Assembly: GCA_048013815.1 (NCBI GenBank)
Contig: CM106586.1
Location: 16,058,001 to 16,122,000 of the forward strand
Direction: 5' to 3'
Length of the DNA stretch: 64,000 bases
From: Setoptus koraiensis
Lineage: Eukaryota > Animalia > Arthropoda
The position numbers and the translations under genes were made by a program. Below are positions 37,459 to 49,300 of the stretch, in pieces. Positions within the stretch are counted from its first letter, which is position 1. Every line of letters begins with the position of its first letter. The notes below the pieces were generated by a model. It had not been told where the DNA came from. It did no database searches and was given only the letters and a program-made list of their open reading frames with translations.

Positions 37459-39856
37459 TGTTGCCGAAATAGTATTTATGTTAGTTGCCTAATAATTATA
37501 ATTGATAATATAGGCTCTATTGTGTTATATATAGGCTAACTGAATTGATTGACTAACTGTTGATTGGAGTAATTAATTAACTAATTGTGTGCTTAATGCT
37601 CATATCTGTTGTTATGTGTGATTTAGATTATATATTAAATTTAAAACTTGATCTCGTCTGATGCAAATGAGAATTGGTGCACCAGTGACCGCTGCGATTG
37701 TTCTATTGGGCCAACAATTCTACGAGTGTGTGCGCGAACTTTGGTTCGATGAGTGACTGCCGCAACGTGCTTTAGTGTTCGCTGGCTTTCATTAGCTAAT
37801 AATTGTGGCGCATCGCTTGTTATTTGTTCGACAATTGAGAGAGCGACTTGTTAGTGGCTCAAGTAAGTGCCGGGCACACAGGGCCCAGCCGAACCGACGA
37901 CCCAGCGAACCTATTGTAGCTCGTATTGGAGCGCGGCGCATGCGCACCGCAACAGTTCGATCAAATTGATCTTGCATTGGTTCTATTATCGCTGATTCTA
38001 TTAGCCTTCTGGTAGCCGCTACCGTTGGCGGCCGGCAGCCATTCTATTAGCGGTATGTGTGCTGGCAGCGCTGCTAACACTTGCGCATGTCATCATGTTC
38101 GCCATTGCGCTGCCTCGCAGCACACACACACACACACTATTGAGTGGAACTCTCCAGTCACAAGTTCGCAGCACAAGTTGGCCCCTCAAGTTTAGTTGTA
38201 CTGCTCTTGTGCGACAAGAGCTACTACCAGTTCTTTATTTGCGGGAGGCGTGCCTTACTAGACCTTACTAGAGTTCGATCCGGTTGCACCGACGAGATGC
38301 GTGCGAGATGCGTACGAGATGGTGCACCGGTGCGCGTCGCGCACCCGATCTATGCGTGCCCAAGCACGCATAGATGCGCCCGGTATGCGTGTGCTGGCCA
38401 CGCCGTGTTGGTGTGTGTGTGCGTGTCGCATGCGCCACTTTGGTGTGTGCTGCATGCGCCATGCTGGGGTGCACACCTATAATGGGCGCACAGGGTTCGG
38501 CGCCCGCTTGTCTGAGCGCGCGCGGTGTCGCGCGAATGGTCCCCGTCCAAATTCTTGGCGCACATTTCTCAGTTTGTGGCACAGTGACAGTGGCCGGCAC
38601 ACAAACACCAGCATGGCACAGTGGCGGGCTCGTCGGGCGCAGTGAAGCGCAAGCGAGCAAGCGGCCCGGCCAACGAGCATGAACGAGCAAACAAAACTAT
38701 CAATTTTCCCTGTCGCTAAACAGCGATTCTTGTTGTTGGAATATTCAACTTTAAACCCACTTTCTACTCTAATGAACGAGCTGCCTCTCGGCCCATTCAA
38801 TGGTGGCCCGCAACTTGTTCAGTTCTCACCAACTAAACAGCCTCAGCGGCCGAACCAACGGGCCGCTGAGGTGCCCAAAAGTCAACGACTGACCGTCTTG
38901 TGGTGTCGCCTGCGCACACACTGCCCATCGTCCTGTCTGTTTGTTTACACGGCTCGCTGGCGTTTTTTATTTTAAGTTTAGTCCGGTCCGGTGAGATGGA
39001 TTGTGTTGCCATGGCAAACAAATCCAAACAGCCTCTGACTGGCCGGCCAACACGCACCGTCTATCTGTCACGGCTGCTTATTAGCCAAATGAGAGCAAAC
39101 AAGTTGAGCAACGCGCAAACATGTCGATGATATTGATACGGCTACTCGTGTTGTTTGCTCGCCGTGTGCTCGCCCTCACCCCAGATACCTGAGATATGCG
39201 AGCCGAGACACACACACACCTTTGCAGTGGCAGCCACTTTGGCACTGGCCCAGTTTAAAGTGCGCCACGACCAGCAACAACGACAACAACATTGCAAACA
39301 ACAAACCACGATAACGGCTCTCTCTCTCTCGGCCGATAACGGCCATCGCGAGAGCAAACACGCCGCTAACGACCAGCGGACACATGTTGATCTCCACCTA
39401 GTGGCCGGCGTCTAACTGCCAATGTGCCCCGAGTTGCAAATCGACGGCCGGGCCGGGCCGGGCAAAAGTTAAAAGTTAAATCTTTCATCAGCTATCACTT
39501 ACTTGTCATCGATACACCCACTTGCGCTCGTTGAGTGGTCAAACTTGTGGTCTCTTGTCGCTGTTTGCTGTAGGCACACCAAATGGCGAGCCCGGTCGCA
39601 AGCAACAGCATGCTCCACATTGCACTCAACTGTTTGCCATCTCGATGACACAGGGGTCTATTTGTGTTTGTCGGCGGGAAAGAATTTGCGATTATTGCTT
39701 TTTAGCCTGGTGCCGAGAGAAAGCAAGCAAAAAAGAATTGATTGTGTGTGTGATGGCGCATATTTGATTATGCTAATGATGCTATGGCAAACATTACATT
39801 CCCCTCTCACCGTCAGCTGCGTTGGCGTCGCTGTGGCTCGCCCATAGGCCACGCAC

Positions 39857-39910
<54 letters not shown>

Positions 39911-40444
39911 CCTACAAAACCCACAAAACCCATAAAGCCTCTCGCAGAGCCCATAGAGCACACACACCGAAGAGCTTCTTCGGGGCATCGTCAGCTCGGG
40001 TTCAAGTTCAAGAGTTGTTCACTTTTGACTCGCTCGTTTGACCATCATAATCGTAGCGCGCATACTTTTGCCCACTATGTCAAATTTGCATATCGTTTCG
40101 CTAATCGATCATCAGTGCTGTTAGCTCACCGCTGTTATAGGTATAGTTATACCTCCACAGCCAGCGACAGGGGCCAGTGAGACGCATGCCAGCATTCCAC
40201 AGAGGCCACTTTGGGACGCCTCAGTACCTGTGCGCCGAGAGCCTATAGGTACTGAGGAATGCCAATGGTCAGATGGACAAATGGTCAAATGGTCAAATGG
40301 TCAAATGGGCAGACGGGCACATCCACTAGCGAGCCTCACCGATGCACAAAACTATTGTAACCACGGGCAATAAATCTCGCTGTCATTGTCTGGCTTGAAT
40401 TTTGATTTAAAATGTGCATCAATGCAGAAATGTGTGCAACTCAC

Positions 40445-41137
40445 CTGTAGTAGTAGTGGTCTGTTGCGATGTGAGTGGGCATTAGGGTGGCTAATTGGTG
40501 TGGATTTGTTGTGCAAACATTGAGTGTGTGAACGTGCGGATGTGCAATAGATTGCAGCGGCGCCAATTGTTGTTCGCTGTGAAGATGTTGTTGCTGTTGC
40601 AAGTGATGATGTTGGTGCTGTTGATGGAGGCGCTGATGATGATCGAGTTCCTGTCTGGCTTGCGGTTGTTGTTGCTGCTGCTGTTGTTGTTGTTGTTGTT
40701 GCTGCGGGTCTACAATAGGCTGCTGCTGTTGGCTCAATTGAATTATGTCGGAATCTTGTTGATTTATGTAGTCAGTGGCTGTTGTTGTTGTTGTTGTTGT
40801 CGTGGGCGCAGACGTCAGCGTCACTGGCGCAGCTGTCAATGTTGTAACGTTGCCATTTTGTTGCCCAATCATTGTAACAGGTGGTGCTGCTGCTGTTGGT
40901 GGTTGTGACACTAGCCGAAGAGTATCCACTGCCACTGTTTGATCGTGTTGTTGTTGTTGCTGCTGACCCATCAATATATGATGATGCATTACGTCATTGG
41001 CGGAGGTGGCGGCCTGATTGATTGTAGAGGCTCTCCAAAATGGCTGCTGCTGCTCATTGCTTGAGGCCAATTGCTGTTGTTGTTGCTGTTGCATATGTTG
41101 TTGTTGTTGTTGTTGTTGCTGCTGCTGTTGTTGTTGT

Positions 41138-41172
<35 letters not shown>

Positions 41173-41526
41173 TTGATGGTGAATGGTCAGAGACAGCTGA
41201 CCGTTCTCGTTGGTGGTATACTGAGGCTCGCACAGGTACTCCTGGTCGCTTGCTGAGTAGCTCGATTGATCCCGTTGCTGTTGTTGTTGTTGTTGTTGAT
41301 GATGCTGGATCTGGTTTGCTGACGGAACTATGTCTTGCTGTTGATTGGTGTCACACTGGTTGACCGGAAGTGCTTGCTGCCTGGACTGTGTTGATTGTGT
41401 CGACGAATCTATTTGTTGTTGCTGGTTGGCTGCTGCTGAATTTGTTAGACAAGAAGAGGAAGAAGACGACATAACGATGGACGCGGTCGTTCTGTTTGCT
41501 TGTTGTTGTTGTTGACTCATTTGCAT
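40445..41526 (-). CDS. Poly-Q/His coding exon, probable alternative 5' exon of vnd
   Basis: 361-codon ATG ORF whose last codon and stop overlap a consensus donor AG|GTGAGT; same strand as vnd and 3 kb upstream of it. Confidence 0.55.
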
Positions 41527-41579
41527 TTGTCGCTCTTCTCTCTAACGGTACCTGTTTACCTTTATTTCTTGTTTGTGTT

Positions 41580-41613
<34 letters not shown>

Positions 41614-42214
41614 TGTGTGTATGTGTGTGTGAGTGTGAGAGTGTGTGTGTGTATGTTCTAATAGATTTTACCAAAATAAATAAATAATTAAAAATACTGA
41701 ATATAATAGTAATAATAATAATAATAATAATGATGAAAAATGTGTGATTGATTAATTAGTAAAAAGGGCGCCTACACGCACTCCCGCACACACGCACACA
41801 CACACACACCCGCACGACGCACAACACACACTCACACATACTCACACGCACACCGTCACACATACATAATGTCGGAGACTGGTACGGTCCATAGGAGTAC
41901 ATATAGAGACACATGCTTCATGGCAGTCAATAATAATTACAGTATTGGATTTGTAGTGATGGTAATAATATTAATGAGATAAATTAGATAGAATTATCGT
42001 TAGCTATTTTCAATTATCACTAGTTGGTTGCTTGGCTGATTGATTGGTTATCATAATCAATCGTCGCTTCTAGGGCACATTTATGCGTCGACGGCAACGA
42101 CGGCGACGACGACGTTACATGGCGATTGAAAGAAGAGAGCGAGCGAGAGAAAACTTTGTCAAGCCCACTTTGCCAAGACGACACATACATAAACGTGTCC
42201 CTGTCTTATTGTCT

Positions 42215-42219
<5 letters not shown>

Positions 42220-42288
<69 letters not shown>
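42220..42288. repeat. (CA)n microsatellite, ~34 units
   Basis: Direct reading; similar tracts occur near 39860-39908 and 41580-41650. Confidence 0.95.
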
Positions 42289-42291
<3 letters not shown>

Positions 42292-43278
42292 GGCGGGTGC
42301 TGGCGCTAGCTATTCGCTAACATTATCATCGCCATTATTATTATTATTACTATTGCCATCGTTGGATGGTTGGCTGGCTCGACGACGACAGCGGCAGCAC
42401 CAGCAGCCGTCGCCAGCCATACGATGTGCCTTGAGATGCTCGATGATTTGCATTTGCACCAAATTAATATTTTATTGCTAACTAGCGAGCGATAAACTAT
42501 GAAAACAACTGCCTGTGTCTATCTCGGCAATTGTGTTGTGATATGGTTGCTGTCTGGTGACAACAATGGAGATAAACAGCACCGAGCGAAACAAGTGACG
42601 CTCGCTCGACACAGCTCACCACAGTGCACACCGAGTAGCCATATATGACATATATGAGACATACGAAACATATGAAACATACGAAACATATGAAACATAT
42701 GAGCAATAGCAACACAATCTAGCAGAAGCATGGACGCGCATACAGAGATTGACAGAGTGAGAGACAGTTGGCTAGACGATTTGGCGAAGCGATCTGCAAG
42801 ACATAGGGCACAGGCAAGACGCAAGAGATATTGTTTGTCGTTGTGTGTGTTTACAATAACAATATATCAATCAATACACACACACACACACACACTGTGA
42901 TATAGCAATAGTGATAGTTATACAAATGGCGATATTGGTTATATCAGCAGTGGTGAGAGAGCATCGGTGGCTCCAACAAACAATGTTAATTTGTTGTTTG
43001 AGCTAAGCTGGCGGTTGCAGCTCGACAGCGACGCGAAACGCGACGACCAAGATACGAAACGAAACGAAACGAAAAGAAACGCAATACACGAATAATAAAT
43101 AAACGACGACGACGACCAATTGTGTTGAGCCAAATCAGATCAAATGGCGAGATGCAAAGGCGCGATTAGATGATAGATGATTGCGTCCTATGGCGCATAC
43201 AGCCCAAAGTCACCTAATAGTGGCACCAGTATAGCACAACAAACAAGTGTCACACAGTATGTACAATGCATCGTGTCA

Positions 43279-43338
43279 CCACTAATATCATAGCCACTAA
43301 TATCATAGCCACTAATATCATAGCCACTAATATCATGG
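43279..43338. repeat. 15-bp tandem repeat CCACTAATATCATAG x4
   Basis: Three exact units plus one ending in TGG, no spacers. Confidence 0.95.
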
Positions 43339-46300
43339 GCTCGACTAATAAACAACAGCGCACACAATCATGGATATTGTAGTATCATTGGCATTATTAT
43401 TAACATTACACTGCGGCGACGATATCCCGGCATGTCGCTGTTGGCGCACCAGCCAGCGAGCTGCCCTTGTTATCTCGCTATCTAGATCGGCTGAACCATT
43501 GTGTCACAATTGTGTGTATCACAGTTCCGAGCGCCACACACGCAAACATCGCCATGGTGAGGCCCTACAAGCAAGAACAAGTCAGCGCCATCAAAACTGA
43601 AACTTTATTTACTTGTCACACGGAGGGATATTTCCCATTTGGTGACACACACACACACACGCACGACAAAAACTAAACCAATCTAATCGCGCTCGCGAGC
43701 TACCCCAACACACACACACACACACTCAATTTTCCATCCTGAAGCCTTTGCTGCGGCTCGCCATCGCTGTCACGACGGGCGTCGTGTCGACGGTGGCGCC
43801 CAGACGCCGACCGCAGCGGCGGCGGGCGCCGCCGGACCGACCGGCCCGGCCGGTCGGCGCTGCACAAATGTCACACAAACAGGCAAATTAAACCAAAAAC
43901 CGGCCGAGATTGTCGCTGTTGTGTTTCAATATCGTCGATGATCTTCTGCGATCTGCATGCAGCAGCATCGCTTGCCCGTCAACCGGCCCGCGGCTAGCCA
44001 CGGGCCAATCGAGTTGCCGGCCGCGACGGGCCGACTTGATTATTTATTGAGACGATGATCTAATCGCGCACTAATGCATTATGCCAATTGAATTCACCAG
44101 TGGCCACACAAACGACCATGACAAAAGCGCTTGTTGTGGTCCCTAGGCGACATGTTGGCGTGCTAAATTGTGCTCCGTCGTAAATTGTGTCCGAATGCGA
44201 TGCGCCAAAAGCAAGCCGGCAGCTCAATGTCACCATAAATAAACTGCGACAGCCGGTTTGTGTGGCTGTCATCACTTGACCACGGGGCCAGATTTGCGGC
44301 GGACTTTTGCGGGTGGCTGTTGAACTCTTTGGACGGTCGCTTTTGACAAGTGACTCGTCGTTCGGTTACAACTAACAAATAGAGTCACAACCGAATGCGA
44401 AGACGTGCTCGCATATATACGAGACGAACGGAAGACACACACACACACACACATCATGTAATGATGACGATGTTATCTGTGCCATTAACACAACACAATC
44501 GCAACGCTCATGTCATATCTGTTCTTTTTGGGTCGGCTCGCAATACCACAATATATCACCGAATGAGATCAGACATGACGGCAATGGCCAACAATGGTGC
44601 CATCATCAAGATAATCGAGTCGCCGCAATCTAGCGCTCGCGATCTCTCTCCGTTTGGCCGACTGACCGCACGCTCGCTCCGGTCGCTCCGGTCGCCCGTC
44701 CACCAGTCATCTGACCGTTTGCTGCATACGGCGGCGACTATATGGCGGCGACTATGTGGCGGCGACTATGTGGCGGCGGCGACGACGACGATATAACAAT
44801 GATGACGCAACGTTAGTGTGTCAGCGGTGGGCGCTGAGAGATTGGCAGAGATTGCCGAGATTGGCCACTGCTCGACTCGCACTGCGAACTGCGGTTATGA
44901 CACAGCTCGGACATACGGCGACTCACATACAACACTGATACAGCACGACACTGACGCAACGTAACGCTGATGCAACATACGCCACGGCCAGCCAGCCCGA
45001 TGGGGCCAGAGGGGCCGTGGGGCCGGTGGCACAGAGTGCAGCAATTAGCATAATTGAAATCACATCAGTAGCCATCAGTGGTGCGGTAACACGCGGAAGC
45101 CGCGTGCAAGATACGGCGCCGGCCAGCGATTTCGGCCACCAGTGCTGCCCGTTGCGTAATGTGCGCGATCGCATTACACTAATGCGACATGAACATTAGA
45201 GAGACTATTCACAATTGTCAGCAATTCATTTGCTTGTGTGTCACACATTAACAAGTAAGTGTTATGTAAGCGCAGTGAGCGCTCATTGAGTTGCACAAAC
45301 ACGGCTCACGGTTTCATAATTGTTTCAACTTGTTGTTGTTGTTGTTGTTGAGCCGGCGCTCACATAACATGGTGCCTCCCCCCCCGCACGCTGTTTATAG
45401 GCTCGGCTCGCTTGGCGCACTCACAAACGAATTGTGCTCAAACGATGGTCAGTCAACAGGGTCTGGCTAACAATTGTTGGTCAGCCAGACACAATTGGTC
45501 ACTCGATTGTCGATCGTGCCGACCGTTCAGTCGATTACTGTTACATCACAATTGCCACACATCTATTATATGTAACTGTCAATTATTGTGTGACACACAC
45601 ACACACACACACACATGACTCGACAGTGCAATTCGACCGCCATCTGACATCTTGTGAGCTCAACCGTGACAGGTTGTTGTCGGGCGGCGCACCCCAAACT
45701 TGTTGTTGGCGTCGTGGTCGTTGGTGTGGTTGTTGCCTCGTGGTCGTTGGCGTGGTTGTTGCCTCATGGTTGTTGCGTCATCGTTAGGCACCCCAGTCAC
45801 GTTTGGCGCGCAACTTGCGCCCGGGGCAAACACTCGCCGACTCGCCGACTCGCCGATTCGCCAACTCGTCGACTTGCCAACTGACCAACAGGCCGACTTG
45901 TCGACTCGGCTCTCGTGCCGGCCGACCGGCCCACTGGCACTTGGCGGGGCCTCATGCTAATTCGAACAACAATGAATTGATCGATACCGTTGCCGGGCTC
46001 AAATTACCGCACGCTCTTGCCGCCAGTCGTCGTGCTCGTGTTACACACAGTGGCCAGTTGCGTTCGGCGCCAGTTTGGCCGGTCAACCACAATCGCAACC
46101 GGCCGAAACTGGCCACATGTGGGCGGCAAGTGTCGCACGTATCGCAAGTGCAGTTGTCACCTTTGCGCCATTGCGCAAACACTGACACAACAGCACATTT
46201 GTGCCATTGTGTGCCTAATTGTGTCACACAATGGCGAGTTATGTAACTCGCTGCAGAACTCTCACAACTACTATGTAAGTAACTGGCGCTCGTAGTTCGT

Positions 46301-49300
46301 GGCGACACAGGTAGACAGACAGACAGACGGACAGAGTCGCTGTCACAGAGAGAGAGAGACGCGCACTGATTACGTAACGAGTGACCGGCAACGCACGGTG
46401 TGACCCGTGCAATCGACAAAGACAGACTGTCTTTGTCGTAACATACAGCTCGATTTTGCTGGCCCGTGTTTGCCGCGGTGCCGCTGTGTCAATTGGCGCT
46501 CCGTGCGCCCGTCAAATGGCGCCCGTTAAATAAGCGCCACTAACAAACTGTAACAAACTGTAACTAAACATTGCGGCCCGCGCTGGCCGTCGCTGGCGGC
46601 ACCACCGAGTTGCGGTTGATTTGCGGCGGCCCGACGGGCCCACGATGGGCACCGCCCGCGATGCCGCTACACGCCGAGCTGCACGCTTGAACGCGCTCAA
46701 AATCGCGATTTGGCGCGCGCGCGCGATACCATCATGCACAGATTTTCTCGCTGCCGCCGAACCGCCGACTTGCTGGCTGCGTCGCTTGTGTGTCCGCTGT
46801 GCGCCGCCAATTGCGCTCACTGGGCGCTCACGGCGGCTCGCCGCCGTCCGCGGGCCCCAATTCAATTGGCAAACCAAATTGGTTGCTGGTTTCGCACGCG
46901 CTGGCGCTGCGTGATTGGGCGCGTGCCCAGAATTCGCCAGTCGTTCCGGCGCCGCCAACGAGCCAACACGAAAGCGACCAAGTTCGGCCCTGAACTCTCG
47001 GGGCCCCTCGGCCCCCGAGTGCCAGCCAACAATGTTTGCTCGCTAATGCTGGCTTGAGATCCGCCAAGATCCTCGCCGGCTCCATGCTCACCTACGGCCT
47101 ATAAATGTATAACTGTGTGCGTGGCCGATACGCGGCGCATACATGTAGCGCCACGTACATGAACTGGACGCGACCAGTCGCCTTTGCAGCAAATTGGCAG
47201 TCGCGTCACGGCCACAACAATCAATAAAAGCGATGATTGGGCCCGTGTTTGCGTTGCATTGGGCGCCCTCGCATGACCGGCAACATTTATCACTGGCCGC
47301 GCGGCTGAAAGCGAAGCCCCGAGCGCTGGCCGCTGTTTGAAAATTTCAACTTTAGTGGTGTCATTAGAGGACGATTAGCGGATTGGCGCTGTTGTTGTTG
47401 GCGCTGTTGCCGTTGTTGTTGTTGCCGCTGTTGTTGTTGCCGGTGCGGTGGTTGTTGATGTTGCAGTTGTCGGTGTTGCGGCACGAGTGGCGACATTAAC
47501 GACGACGCCGCTATTAGGCCCGAAATGGGACCGCTATCAGTTACGCTGTCCGCGGTGAAGAGATTTGCTCGCCAGCCATTCGTTGTTGTTGTTGTTGTTG
47601 TTTGCCAGTCAATTGTTGGGCACAATTGTTGCCACACACCGACAGCCCAGCGAACCGGCCGACAGCGCCGCTGCAAGGCCACCCGGTGGCGAGCATCCGT
47701 CGCGTAGCGGCAGCCGGACAAAACGGAAGCGTCAAACGAAATAAACAATGCTAATCCATTGATTGATACTTATCACGCCAGTGTGCGCGTCTGTGTGCGT
47801 GTGATTCCTCTAGGGCGACACGGACGACAACAAGCGACTAATGGTTGCAATAATGCGCCCCGTTATAGTGGTCATAACAAGCGTTGAGCGTGCGTATCGC
47901 GTATCAACGACAACGACAACAGCGACAATAGCGACACCGACACTGACGACAACGAAAACAACAACAGCGACGACAACAGCGACGACAACGACAATATCGT
48001 GCTATACTTGTGCGACCACTTGAGAGGCATTTATACATTTATTTGTAGATGCGTTTGTGCTCGCACAAGGTGATATTTGTGCGCGGTCTTTGCGGTTTGT
48101 GCTCGCTACAAAACTGTGCAACTCCGCAACAAAACTGTTGCAGTGAACCGGGCACGCCGACCGCGTTCGACGAGCCAGCTCTGGGCGCCACCGGCGCCCG
48201 GGTCAACGAACCTGCCCGCCCGCGCTGATTAACGCTGCCGGCCACTGATTAACGGGCCGCCGACACACAAGTTCGGGCCGGACAAATTGTGTCGAATTGC
48301 GCCTTTCATGGCCGCAAACAATCTCGCGTCGCTGTTGCGGTCACACTTGCGATCACAACAACGACAGCGACGACGCCAACATCGACGACAGCGACAACAG
48401 CGACGAGCTCTCAACCTTTTGACCACTCGTCACGGCCGGCCGACAGGTAAGCGGCGCGGTTGTTGGCAGCCGCAAGTGGCCGACAAGCGTGCCCGCAACC
48501 GCTCAGCCAACCAGCGCCAAAAGAATCGCGGCGCCGAGATGGCCGACGCGGCCGGTTGGCCGGCGAACAACCGGCCACTAGAGGGGCGAAAGGGTGCAGA
48601 CGACCCGACGCCAGCCACACACCGAGCCGGCGAAGGGCGCACAAATATCGCGTCGTATCGCACACATTTAATCGCATGCATTATCCATGGGCGTCCACGA
48701 TGGTTGTCGTGCGGTAGCTCGCGCCTAGCGCCACAATAATGCTCAGCGGTTGCTCGGCGCACCACTGATTCACAAAAGAATAGGCTGCCGGGCCATCGGG
48801 CTACCGGGCTGCCGGGCTGCCGGGCAGCATTCCAGCTTTGTGATGCACCGCGAGGGGGGCACTAGGCCACTCACATGCACACACACACACACACAATGGC
48901 CACAATTAGCCGACGATACACCCACGCACTTGCACAGCGCGCGCGCGCTGCATACCTGAGCTGTGCGCGCTGCATACCTGTGTTCATCCTGTGCCGCTAT
49001 GCTCGCCGGGTACCGCTATACTCGCCGGGCACCGCTATGCTGGCATGTCCGTGCAATTCTTGCCATGGCCTCATACCTGGCACGGACGGTATGCATCATG
49101 CGTTGCACGCTGCGCGACCCGTTATTGTTTGCGACGGTGTTCGTGTTTACACGGCCGACAGGCATTTAACTCAATGTTTATGTCGCTGTGCGCCGGTGCG
49201 TGGGCGTCATTAGTGGGGCGTTAGTGCTAATTGGAGCAACGGTGCTGGCTACTGTTGCCGCCATTGTGTGCGCGCCGCACGTCCCGTTGGGTGCTGGCCG

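Noticed and set aside
38265-38290. GAGTTCGATCC B-box-like motif as a tRNA or SINE
   Set aside because: No A-box, cloverleaf or repeat copy.
43279-43338. Tandem 15-mers as a possible CRISPR array
   Set aside because: No spacers, eukaryotic context, no cas genes.
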